A stretch of 63,828 bases of DNA, the filler included, from Octopus bimaculoides (taxonomy: Eukaryota): the NCBI RefSeq assembly GCF_001194135.2. It is 6 parts of 6 records of this genome, joined end to end, with 100 filler letters (N's around TTAATTAATTAA, not from the genome) between each part and the next. Parts side by side here need not be neighbours in the genome. Positions count along the whole stretch, not along the records: positions 1 to 30,598 come from NC_068986.1; 5 more parts are not named here. One strand, given 5' to 3'. The notes beneath the pieces are model-generated. The model searched no databases. It was not told the DNA's origin and saw nothing but the letters and a program-made list of their open reading frames with translations. This document shows, one piece after another, positions 10,574-22,012 of this stretch (position 1 is its first letter; each line of letters starts with the position of its first letter). Position numbers and translations under genes: made by a program.

Positions 10574-10971
10574 CTTTTACTCTTTTACTCTTTTACTTGT
10601 TTCAGTCATTTGACTGTGACCATGCTAGAGCACTACCTTTAGTCGAGCAAATCGACCCCAGGACTTATTCTTTGTAAGCCTAGTACTTATTCTATCGGTC
10701 TCTTTTGCCGAACCACTAAGTTACAGGGATGTAAACACACCAGCATCATCGGTTGTCAAGCGATGTTGGAGAGACAAACACAGACACACAAACATATACA
10801 CACACATATATATATACATATATACGACGGGCTTCTTTCAGTTTTCCATCTACCAAATCCACTCACAAGGCTTTAGTAGAAGACACTTGCTCAAGGTGCC
10901 ACGCAGTGGGAATGAACTCAGAACCATGTGGTTGGTAAGCAAGCTACTTACCACACAGCCACTCCTGTGCC
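10574..10971 (-). mobile_element. tRNA-derived SINE, family A
   Basis: Head GGCACAGGAGTGGCTGTGTGGTAAG...GGTTCTGAGTTCATTCC (A/B-box-like), internal CA/TA microsatellite, (AGAGTAAA)n tail. At least 6 more copies in the window. Confidence 0.85.
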
Positions 10972-11125
10972 TATCTAGAAAAGTAATATAACTCTGAATA
11001 AGAATTGGCTGTGGAACTCTAACCAGCCATGCAAGCAGAGAAAGTGGATGTAAAATGATGACAAAGATGATGATGATGATGATGCTGTATCAGCCGGATA
11101 ATGATTTGACATATCCTCTAAGACA

Positions 11126-11190
11126 TTTTTCTCAGTTACTCAAACTTAGCTTGATTATAAATCAAGCTAAGTTTGAGTAACTGAGAAAAA
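11126..11190. repeat. Perfect palindrome, 31-bp arms and 3-nt loop
   Basis: TTTTTCTCAGTTACTCAAACTTAGCTTGATT-ATA-AATCAAGCTAAGTTTGAGTAACTGAGAAAAA. Confidence 0.95.
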
Positions 11191-11784
11191 CATCCCCATA
11201 GTTAAATTTAGACACTTTGAATTACTTAATGTTGACATTTAGGGTCATATAATTTATCAAAAATCTAGTTGGGTCAATCTCAGGTTATGTTGTTGATAAT
11301 GAAAAGAACAAAATGCTTAATTAAAGACTATTTTTTTAACAATGAAGATTTATTTATTGAAGAATTTTATTATATAATCCCCAAAATTGGATGAAATGGC
11401 ACCAGAATTTGAGCTTTGAAAGTCTTAAATGCATTGAAATAGTAAGAATAGCTTGAATATATTTGACTTTTTTAACATGGGTTGTTTTTAAACATGTAGT
11501 ACTAAAATATGAATCACTTTTATATTAAACTAGGTCTTTAGCCATTGCTATGCTGTTGGTAAAAATATTTGCTTATCATGCACATACCTTCTTTTAATAG
11601 TAGATTGTTATATAGTGAAAGCCTTGTTTGTTACCATGGTGACAACACTCTACCTATCTATCAAGCTTTCAAATGTCTGTCTGTATCTGTCTCTGTCTGT
11701 CTGTCTGTCTGTCTATCTGTGTCTCTCTCACTGTATTTCTCTCTCAACAACAAACTGTTTTTGTTGAAATAAATCTTAGTTTTA

Positions 11785-11843
<59 letters not shown>

Positions 11844-13044
11844 ATCTCTCTCTCTCTCACTGAATTTCTCTCTACAACAACAGCCTCACATTATAGTGAA
11901 AGTGTTTTTTTAAAGTTTGTGTTGCCTTGACTCTATACTGAAAAATATACACAAACACAGATATAGAAATACACACACACACACACACACACAACCATAA
12001 AAATAACTATCTATGTTGTTATGTGATGAAGGTCCTCTTTTTTTTTTGAAGTCTGTGTAGCATTGTGTTAACAGGCTTGCACTTAAAATTCCTATGTTTT
12101 TAATCAAAACTTGATAGTTACTATGGTGACAACACTACCTACCCACTTGTCTGTCTGACTGCCTGTCTGTCTGCCTGTCTGTCTATCTATCTATTTATCT
12201 ATCTATCTTTTTCACACACACACTCTTTCTCTCTTACTATATTTCTTTCTCAGCAACGATTTTTACTCCTCTTTTTCTCCTCCTTTACATATATCTTGTG
12301 ATGGACAGACAGACGGAGATCAGCTTCTCTTTTGTAATATAAGATATAGAAAAATCCCCAATTTTATGCTACATTTTATAACGTTTTTATTTTACTCAAA
12401 ATAAGGAGAAAATCTTTTGTAGGTAATTAGAATTAACTTTATTTGTGCCTGCAATTAATTGGACATTTTTACATAGATTTGGTGCTGAACAGATGTTTTG
12501 AAAAGTTATGCAAATATCTTGATTTTTACATCTAGATTAAGATTTGTTCAGTTTGATCCTCAATCATCATCATGTCTTATTCTTAGTTTCTACCTTACTG
12601 AAATTTAAAACTACACATGAGCGACTAGAAAATAAAAACAAATATATTGCAAAAATCTCATGAATTTTCAGAAGGTCATATAAAGGAGAAGGTCGTAGTG
12701 GTGGTAGTGGTGTAAAATGTTAAAATAGTGGAAATTGAATAAATATTAATGAGAGAAGAAACGTCTAAGTCAGGGATGATTGAATGCATTTGGTGCTGGA
12801 AAGGAAATCATACAGCACTTGAACAGCATTTACATAATTGATAGAGAACCACAGTAGAAACTTAGAAAAATCAGAACAATAGTACTGCCAGTAAGCTTGG
12901 TTATAACATCGAAAAATAAATATTAAAAAAAACATCCAAAAATGTTACCACCTCGTCCCACGTCTTCCTAGATCTACACTTGTCGAAAGAGTAGACCCAA
13001 AAAGACATGAGACAAAATGGTCAGATATGATTTTCAGATGTTGA

Positions 13045-13381
13045 GACCCATGGAGGCAATGACAAGTAAGTAAGACTTTGCTGATTTGCTGTGCTTGAGA
13101 AGACGGGTGTCAAGCTAAGTGAATCATGATCATTGCCAGTATTGGTGACACATAAAAGGCACCTGTGCCAGTGACATGTAAAAGGTACGCATGCCGGTGA
13201 CATGTAAAAAACACCCAGTACACTCTGTAAAGTGGTTGGCATTAGGAAGGGTATCCAGCCATAGAAACCAAGCCAAAACAGACAACTCTAGCCTGGTGCA
13301 GTTCTCTGGTTTACCAGTCCCAGTCAAACTGTCTAACGCATGCTAGCATGGAAAATGGACGTTAAATGATGGTGGTGGTGG

Positions 13382-13413
<32 letters not shown>
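13045..13413 (+). mobile_element. 5'-truncated RTE LINE (ORF2 end + 3'UTR + (GAT)n tail)
   Basis: GAGGCAATGAC...GCTGTGCTTGAGAAGAC...GGAAGGGTATCCAGCC...CATGCTAGCATGGAAAATGGACGTTAAATGATG. Confidence 0.75.
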
Positions 13414-13415
<2 letters not shown>

Positions 13416-13538
13416 GAACTACTCTTAGTTTAAAAATAGATTCCTAGTTTGAATCCATCNNNNNNNNNNNNNNNNNNNNNNGAACTACTCTTAGTTTAAA
13501 AATAGATTCCTAGTTTGAATCCATAATGATGGTGGTGG

Positions 13539-13569
<31 letters not shown>

Positions 13570-13626
13570 GAACTACTCTTAGTTTAAAAATAGATTCCTA
13601 GTTTGAATCCATAATGATGGTGGTGG

Positions 13627-13669
<43 letters not shown>

Positions 13670-13712
13670 GAACTACTCTTAGTTTAAAAATAGATTCCTA
13701 GTTTGAATCCAT
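13366..13712. repeat. Four tandem copies of (GAT)n + 46-bp unit around a gap (possible assembly duplication)
   Basis: GAAGAACTACTCTTAGTTTAAAAATAGATTCCTAGTTTGAATCCAT repeated identically. Only the (GAT)n length varies. Confidence 0.85.
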
Positions 13713-13783
13713 CCTGGTATTATCAAAACTGATGATGATCAAAGATCAGACTAGCCAAATATTGTGCAGATATTATGTAGTCG

Positions 13784-14025
13784 TTTTATCTTTTACTTGT
13801 TTCAGTCATTAGACTGCAAACATGCTGCAGCATAGTATTGAAGAATTTTAGGTGAATGAATTGACCCCAGTACTTATTATTACTTTTTAAAGCCTGGTAC
13901 TTATTCTATCAGTCTCTTTTGACAAACAGTTAAGTTATAGGGGAGGTAAACATGTCAACACTGGATATCAAGTAGTAGTGGTGCTGTAAACATACCAACA
14001 CCAGTTGTCAAGTAGTTGTGGGAGA

Positions 14026-14069
<44 letters not shown>

Positions 14070-14232
14070 CACGCACACACGCGCGCACACACACACATGG
14101 CAGTTGTTGTTCAGTTTCCATCTACCTAATCCACTCACAAGGCTTTGGTCAGCCCAAGGCTATAGTAGGAGATACTTGCCCAAGGTACCATACTGTGGGA
14201 CTGAACCCAGAACCATGTGGGTGGGAAGCAAC
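13784..14232 (-). mobile_element. SINE family A
   Basis: Colinear with 10574-10971, with internal (CA)n. Confidence 0.8.
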
Positions 14233-15976
14233 TCTAATAAGTCCAAAAATTAAAATCCAAACTAATTTTTTGCAATTGAATTTTCTCATCAACCAATACT
14301 CTTCAATTTTTTATTGATCTAGTCATCGAAGTTGTAGTTTAAATCTACTACATATGATAGTTCCTATTTTTGGATACTAAAAACTGACAAGGTAACTCTA
14401 TTGTATGTTATCAAAGCATACAACAGTAAGTCCTATCTCTAAAGTAGTTAACTGTACTAATTTTAGTGACAGTCAGCTTATTTAGAGTATTGCTTTCACA
14501 TCTGAGGCAATTGTAAATTATGTTTGACAACAGTGAAATCCTATGTTCTGTGCATAGATAAAATGACATAAACCTACATTACTCCTTCAGGCTTACAATT
14601 ACTTAAATAATGACAATAACAACAGTAATAATGAGAAACACTATGTATAAAATACCCTTTTGTGATAGTAAAGTGTATAAAATCTAAATGAAATATTTTG
14701 AAATATTTAATGAATATTCTGAAGTATTTAAAATTGATAAAAGTTGTTTTATGAGTTTATTGCATAAATTGAATGATATGTAATGCTGAGATTGCTCTAT
14801 ATTCTGATTTGAATTAACACTTTAAAAAATAGTTGTATGTGTTATAATATTTAGGTTTTAAAATACCAAATATTAACAGGATTATAAAGTTGGAGATAAA
14901 AATTGTTTGCAAGACAAACAGCTTCAATATATCGATTATTGCAACCAATAAGGTGTAGCAACTGTATACATAAAGGAAGGTAGCAAGAATATCTGAATAA
15001 ATTTCTTAGAATCTTTCAACATTACTTGCCTATACTAAACTTGAGAATCTGTGATAAATTTGATTAGTTTCTGCTCTTGATCTTATTTGTTCTTCATGTT
15101 ATTGATTTTTGGAGAAAATTTGAACACTGAGGAGATAATATGTTATCTCTTTGCAGTTTGTTGCAGATATTAAGTTACTATCACTGGTTCAAAAGGTGCT
15201 TATAAGATTTTATTTTAGTTGAAATATTTCAGCCAAAATGAACCAAAGATCTTTCAAATCTGAGGTTCTTAATCAAATTTAATATTAAATGATATCATGA
15301 TACAGAAAAAAAAAATGGAGAAGAGGCTTGTTGAAATGCATGAAATATTTAAATTATCCTCCACATAGACACTCTTCCTTCATAAATATATTCGCAGGGG
15401 AAAAGAAATCAGATCAACCATTGATAAGTAACAAATTTAAGCCCAGCAAATTAGAATCAAGGTGCATTACTTACATTCAAATAGAGACAATTTGACAAAA
15501 TCTGAAAGATTACAAGTGTACAAAGTAATAAAGGTTACAATCAGATTGAAATTACTGTAGTATAATATGAAACTGTTAGAAAGCACAATATCTGAGAAGG
15601 AAAATGAATCTATTTACAATGGTTATAGTATTGCTGAGAATATGGCAGTGCTCAGGATTAAAGCTTCAGGAAAATAGTTAAAGAGGGAAAGAGAGAAAAA
15701 AATCAAGGACCATGTGAAAACGAAAATGTTGAAGGTAAAATAACAATAAAACAAAAATAAGTGCACCAAACAGCAAAAAAAATATGGATATACCAATAAT
15801 ATGGTGAAGAAATATGTTAAGAAGAGAAAAATATGATTGTTTTGCTGAACATTAAGACAGAAGTCATCAAGAAAGTTCACAAGATGATAGACTGTCTATC
15901 AAATCTTAAAGTAAATTTATTAAATACTGAAAAATAAGAAAAAGTTTAAAAAATGGTCTGAATATTAAGAAAGCTC

Positions 15977-16165
15977 AAGGCAGTGAGCTGGCAGAATTGT
16001 TAATATGATGGGCAAAATGTTTCACAGCATTTCATCTGTTTTTAAGTTCTGAGTTCAAATCCTTTTGGAGTAATAAAATAAGTACCAGTTGAGCACTGGG
16101 GTTGATGTAATTGACTTACTCCCTCCCCCAAAATTACTGGCCTTGTGCCAAAATTTGAAACCAGT
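15977..16165 (+). mobile_element. SINE family B
   Basis: AAGGCAGTGAGCTGGCAGAA...GAGTTCAAATCC...GATAAAATAAGTACCAGTTGAGCACTGGGG, shared with 21799-22012. Confidence 0.75.
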
Positions 16166-16519
16166 ATTAAAAAAGTTGGAATGTAAGTGTATCAGAAAAG
16201 TTAAGACATCAAATGAAACGATTAAACAATCATTGACAGTGTAGAATCACAATCCTTATATTTACAAAAAATATATTACGATCATATCTTAAGGATGATT
16301 CTTCATGTCTCTCCTCAACTAAGGTGGTTCTGTAAGTAGTTCTTCCACAAATAATCATTGTATTTGTCACTCAATTTGCTTCTTACTCCACACTGTACAC
16401 ACAGCATAATCACCTCTCAAACTGTCCTTCTTTAATTTCTCCTACCCTTAATAAATTTTTCAATCTTTTTATCTTTACCATCATCTATTCCAATCTGTGC
16501 TACATGTGATAGTTTGCCT

Positions 16520-17070
16520 CATTTCTAACTGAATCGTCTATTTTGTAGTCTCACTCTGATCCTGCTACTTATTATCCTATCATCATCTAGCCTACAAAAT
16601 AAGCAGCTCCTGGATAATCTTGAGTTGCTTTCCATTCTCAACGACTTCAACTAAAACATTTACATACAACCATCGATCAGACAAATAGGAAAAAGTAATT
16701 CAAATTGGTTAGGTCTTTAATATGTCTGGCATGTGAATTTCCCAGCTAATCAACTTGTTCTTCATCTTTTTTCTGAATTCATGAATCAAAAGTTTCTTGT
16801 TATATTACTCCATTAAAGTATGTAGTGATGAGACTCTCTCTGACCCACATCCTATCTGTTCAGTTTTAGACTCTTGCATTCATTCTTCTGTACATTAATG
16901 ATTTATTTGCTTCAATGCTTCAATGCTTTACAATGCTTTACTACTATGCAGATGATACACTCATCATTCTGTGTAGTTCCACACACAGAACTCTTCCACA
17001 AGAAACTGAGATACTTCATACCAGACTTTCATTGCTTTCATGAAACTTGAAAAACACCTTTCAATGATAT
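16520..17070 (+). mobile_element. Highly decayed CR1/Jockey-group LINE RT fragment
   Basis: HSDPATYYPI (cf. DPSNYRPI), SIKVCSDETLSDPHPI..SVL, FILLYINDL...YYADDTLI. Confidence 0.65.
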
Positions 17071-17912
17071 GACCAACTGTCCATTGCCTGCTGTAAAATG
17101 CTGCATAGAAGTCCTTGTTCTCAATTTTACAAGGAACATCCACCTCTCCAGAGCTTATTATGACAATTCTGTAGTTCTCATTCTTCTGCAATATACATAC
17201 GGCATGTTGTATCTCTAGAAATTCTACTCTGGTCTTCATTGACCAGAATGTCTCTGACCTGGTCAATCATATCCATCCTCATCACTACATCAATTCCTTT
17301 GACAATGCAATCATGATCACGTTGACTATCAACTTCACAGTACTTGAACCCTTACATCAAACCTTCCTCTCATCAACTGCACTTATACTGTTCAACATTC
17401 CACTAGCTATCTGTCAGTTTTGAAGTCAATAAGATAATTGTTTAACTCACATCAACCAGGATTCTTGCCTTGCTTTCTCCTATCAAAACTTTCACCACAG
17501 ATAGCAAATGAATGCCTCTATTCAGTTAACAATGGCTTACTTTATGACTAGCCTGGTCACATCAATAGCAAATCAATTCTGGTTTGGGCTCTGACCATAT
17601 ATAACTTGTGACAACTGAAACACTACTTCTTAAATGCTTGAATCTGCCTAATCCTCTCTACTGATCCTTCACTGCTGGCTGTCTCATTGTAAACACTGTC
17701 ATACGGTTTTGCGTTTTGTTCACTATTAACACTCTAAGCTCTGGATCCCAAATCTCCTATAGCTATGGAAGATTTGCTATCCAATGCTGCAGCCTTACTG
17801 ATATGTGGTCAGGGAAATCAGTTACAGACACTAGCTTGACTGTCCTTTCTATTTCTGGTCTTGTATATCCAACTAGTCCTGCCAACCTCCTGACCTCATT
17901 AGCAAACATATC
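17070..17912 (-). mobile_element. Gypsy LTR-retrotransposon remnant: Gag C-terminal half, zinc knuckle, aspartic protease
   Basis: DMFANEVRRLAGLVGY...VKLVSVTDFPDHISVRLQ; ICY*CDQASHKVSHC (CX2CX4HX4C); KARILVDVS; GIDVVMRMDMID; KIENKDFYAAFYSRQWTV. Confidence 0.8.
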
Positions 17913-19115
17913 TGTAAGGGACGACCGTGCGAACTCATAAAAGGAGAAATGGTGACGAATGGAAAAACAGAGGACTCCTTTTATTTAAACGTGTCACACG
18001 GTTGAACATACAAATATATATATCAATGGATGATATACATAATATGTTATGCGACGATAACATAGATGACCAGTAATGAAAGACCACAACCGTATAAGAT
18101 GAATAACAGAGATATTTATTGTAGCGTTAAAAATGTATGTCTGTGTGAGAGTGTGAATGCGACATATAATAACATAATCAAAGACAGGCCGTCATACAAA
18201 GAAAAGTGTGTATGTGAGTGATACATGTGTGTATGAGAAATATTACAGNNNNNNNNNNNNNNNNNNNNNNNNNNNNNNNNNNNNNNNNNNNNNNNNNNNN
18301 NNNNNNNNNNNNNNNNNNNNNNNNNNNNNNNNNNNNNNNNNNNNNNNNNNNNNNNNNNNNNNNNNNNNNNNNNNNNNNNNNNNNNNNNNNNNNNNNNNNN
18401 NNNNNNNNNNNNNNNNNNNNNNNNNNNNNNNNNNNNNNNNNNNNNNNNNNNNNNNNNNNNNNNNNNNNNNNNNNNNNNNNNNNNNNNNNNNNNNNNNNNN
18501 NNNNNNNNNNNNNNNNNNNNNNNNNNNNNNNNNNNNNNNNNNNNNNNNNNNNNNNNNNNNNNNNNNNNNNNNNNNNNNNNNNNNNNNNNNNNNNNNNNNN
18601 NNNNNNNNNNNNNNNNNNNNNNNNNNNNNNNNNNNNNNNNNNNNNNNNNNNNNNNNNNNNNNNNNNNNNNNNNNNNNNNNNNNNNNNNNNNNNNNNNNNN
18701 NNNNNNNNNNNNNNNNNNNNNNNNNNNNNNNNNNNNNNNNNNNNNNNNNNNNNNNNNNNNNNNNNNNNNNNNNNNNNNNNNNNNNTTGTCGTGTGGTACA
18801 CGGAACAGTTCTCAAAGAGAAACTGGACCGAGACAAATTATTGGGTATGAGTTAAAGCTATTTATAACAAACTATGGGCTCCCAATGGCTTCAGAATTTT
18901 ACTCTATCACGTGACCTTATTAGGGGCCGTGATTGGTCAGTTTGCGTTCTGGCGGGAAAGGTTCGAAGAAGTTGCCGATTCGAATAATAATCAGTCACGT
19001 GATGATAAGGAATGGGTTCTCTACTACGCTCGCATTTATTTATATTTAAATGAGAAGATTGTATGTAATGGCGATAGTAGTTTTGTATCTAGTGACGATA
19101 GGTAGTTTCACTACA
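17913..19115 (-). mobile_element. Solo LTR (contains a gap) with 4-bp TSD TATC
   Basis: TGTAAG...CACTACA termini. TATC at 17909-17912 and 19116-19119. Removing the LTR restores Gag ...EVD|MFANE... Minus-strand AATAAA about 70 bp from the 3' end. Confidence 0.8.
18859..19002 (-). promoter_or_regulatory. LTR U3 promoter cassette: E-box, E2F, CCAAT, E-box, TATA
   Basis: Minus-strand order: TCACGTGA (18995-19002), TTTCCCGCC (18951-18959), CCAAT (18932-18936), TCACGTGA (18907-18914), TATAAATA (18859-18866). Confidence 0.6.
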
Positions 19116-19404
19116 TATCCACCTCGGCTCTGTAAATTTTCCCTCCTTAGCCTACTATAGGGTTCAAATGCTCTCTCTCTAAAAATCTCTTTTAGTTTGC
19201 TTCTGTATTGAGCTGGGCTTCTCCATTGATCTCTAGATATAGAGCCAACACTGACCCCTCTTGATACAACAGCATAAAGCTTGCTACATCACAAATCCCC
19301 TGCAACTTCACAACCAGCCTCATCTTCTTCACTCATACAATCACATTTGCCTTGCCACTAAACTACCTTTTTACTTAACCATTTATTTTTACCTTATTTG
19401 ACAT
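19116..19404 (-). mobile_element. Gypsy Gag N-terminal half
   Basis: ATG at 19404: MSNKVKING*VKR*FSGKANVIV*VKKMRLVVKLQGICDVASFMLLYQEGSVLALYLEI...AEVD. Confidence 0.75.
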
Positions 19405-20729
19405 AATTTTTCCAGTTATGAGCTGAAAAAGGTTGCAAGCGAACAATAGAAAATGCTTGCATGCTTTCCTAAGCCACAAACCTTCTACACCAATTCTCCA
19501 GGGTGCTCATACAGAAGAAAGAAGGTTCTGGGTCTCACTGTGAAGATGCAGAATGTGCATCAACAAATGGCTGCAGAGGAATCAAGCTTTACTCCTTTCT
19601 TGTGGGTTCCCACATGCAAAGTGACACCTTCTAGTGAAAAAGGCACATACCACTAATTACCTCTCAATACACCATCCCAACTTACTGCCACCACCAGCTA
19701 GCCCAGTTCACAACATCACAATAAGAAACCTTTAAAGACTGAAATGTTTAGAAATTTTAGTCAATCAGATCCATTGTTTTTTGTTCATGTGTTTTGCTTT
19801 CATTTTTGAAAGACAACTATGACAATCATTACAAATTACAATTTTTGAGAAATTAACAGAACAATGAAAATATTTAATGAAAGAGAACAACAAATTAATG
19901 TTTGCAATGGAATTTTGTGATGCAATATAAACCTTAACCTTAACCTAAACTCTAACACTAAAACCTAATCCTAAACTTTGATCCCTAATTCCAAGATGGT
20001 TTCAATCATTTGCTAAGGAGACATACAAATAACATCAACTGATGGATGAGATGTTGAGAATGGATAAATCTTATTGGTTAAAGTTACAAAAATTTTTAGT
20101 TTTTAAACGTTATTTATAAAAATGTCTATAGAGGTGACAAGTTGGTAGAATTGTTAGTGAGTTGGACAAAATGCTTAGCAGCATTAGATCTTTTGTTTGG
20201 CTGCACCTGTGGAAATTTTAAAGTTTAGTGAAAATTTTAAGATTTGGTGTATTAATGTAAATTTTCACACTGAATCTCAGGGGCTAATTCACTTTTTCCA
20301 GAAATTTTTTTAAAAAAGGTTATAGAGGTTTTATGTTTGATAATTTTTACCCAGCCAGAAAACAGGATTTGGAAGCTATCATTTTGTGCATGACAGCCCG
20401 TGTTGTTAACTGTAAACAAATGAAATATTGGTGGAATTCTGCTTTACACATGCCGTAACTTTTTTTTATCTTTTGGAATTTTCTCATGACCACCATTTAA
20501 TAAGTGAAAAATGACTATGTGAGGAAGCAATTTTTTAACTGCTTGGCTTGTTACTATGGAAACAGGCATCTATATGTCTAGCTTGCAAACTTTAAAAGCT
20601 ATTAACTTGCTATTTATTGATTTATGGCAAAAATGAACTTCATGTCAATGATTACTTTTCAAAACTACACCAATATGCCAAATATGAAATCGATTAGAAC
20701 AAAAATTGAAGAAATTGAAGAAAAGATCT

Positions 20730-20848
20730 GTGGCATTTCTTCCGGCTCTCCGGGGTTGATAAAATAAATACCAGCTGAACACTTGAGGCGATGTAATTGA
20801 CTTACCCTTCTCCACAAAACTTTAGGCTTTGGCCTATAGAAGAACGAA
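20730..20848 (+). mobile_element. SINE family B, internally deleted
   Basis: GGGGTTGATAAAATAAATACCAGCTGAACAC...GATGTAATTGACTTACC. Confidence 0.6.
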
Positions 20849-20982
20849 TTATTAATTTCTTCAAAAAATGGTTCAGCTTTTTGTAATTGACATCTGTTTA
20901 GAAAGTTTTAAGAAGAGTGACAAATCAAAAAGAACCAAAACAGATTATGGTACAAAGTGCTGTTGTATCTAGAGGAGTCGAA

Positions 20983-21165
20983 TTTTGGCACAAGGTCAGC
21001 AATTTCTGGAGAGAGGGTGAGTCAATTACATCGATTCCATTTGCTCCCTGAAAGGATGAAAGACAAAGTTGATCTCGGCAGAATTTGAACTCAAAACGTA
21101 AAGACAGTCGAAATGCCTCTCAGCATTTTGTCCAGCATGCTAACGATTCTGTCAGCTTGCCGTCT
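20983..21165 (-). mobile_element. SINE family B
   Basis: Reverse complement of the 21799 copy (GAAAGGATGAAAGACAAAGTTGATCTCGGCAGAATTTGAACTC). Confidence 0.7.
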
Positions 21166-21798
21166 TAAGGGACTTTTCATATATTGAGTCTTTTCTTAAG
21201 TCAATGTTCGTTGTTTTATGTATATAAAAAAAAAGACTTTCACCTTTTAGCCATATATACATAAGTGAAGTTAAAATTTAGCGAAAAACAATAGTTTACA
21301 AGAGTAAACAGTAAGAAAAAGGCAAAATAAATGGGGAAATTAGTTATTAGATAATCAAAGTATAGACACGCACACTTCCTCAATTATAATATTGTATCAG
21401 GGGAAACAGATGTTTCCCTCTAAAAAAAAAGTTTTGAGACTCCTGAAAACAGTCATGTCATTACAGCAGTTGTGAAGGTGAGAACAATGGATTAGCCGGC
21501 ACCTTTCATACATCAACGAATTAGGACTTCAAAGGTGTCAAAAATCTGACACTCCAACCGCTCAATATTCGATTATCGAAAGGTTAGATCTAAATGTGAC
21601 ATGAACACAACTTGGTAGAATACATAGGATTTAAGAGCCCTATATAATCCCTCATAACTTTTTTATCTTTTAGAATTTTCAGAAAACGGGAATTTATACG
21701 ATTATGAAAAAGAAATTCTTTTCTTTCTTTTGTATGTGATTTAAGGGCGATTTAGCTGTTGTTTTTTGCATATCATACGACCATCTGATTCTCCCCAC

Positions 21799-22012
21799 AA
21801 AGGCGGTGACCTGCAGAAACGTTAGCACGCCGGGCGAAATGCTTAGCAATATTTCGTCTGTCTTTATGTTCTGAGTACAAATTCCGTCGAGGTCGACTTT
21901 GCCTTTCATCCTTTCGGGGTTGATAAATTAAGTACCAGTTGCGTACTGAGCCGATCTAATCGACAGGCACCCTCCCCCAAAATTTCGAGGCTTGTGCCTG
22001 GAGTAGGAAAGA
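21799..22012 (+). mobile_element. SINE family B, best-preserved copy
   Basis: AAGGCGGTGACCTGCAGAAACGTTAGC...GCCTTTCATCCTTTCGGGGTTGATAAATTAAGTACCAG. The central block resembles Meta-type SINE domains (from recall, unverified). Confidence 0.8.

Noticed and set aside
13420-13712. CRISPR-like repeat-spacer array
   Set aside because: The 'spacers' are just (GAT)n. Eukaryotic context, no cas genes.
16964-17266. 100-aa minus ORF as a host exon
   Set aside because: Chimera of the Gypsy post-protease region and antisense LINE RT.
17716-17940. Plus ORF, and an apparent minus-strand splice acceptor CCCTTACAG at 17912
   Set aside because: The ORF is antisense of Gag. The 'acceptor' is the LTR terminal CA plus the TSD.
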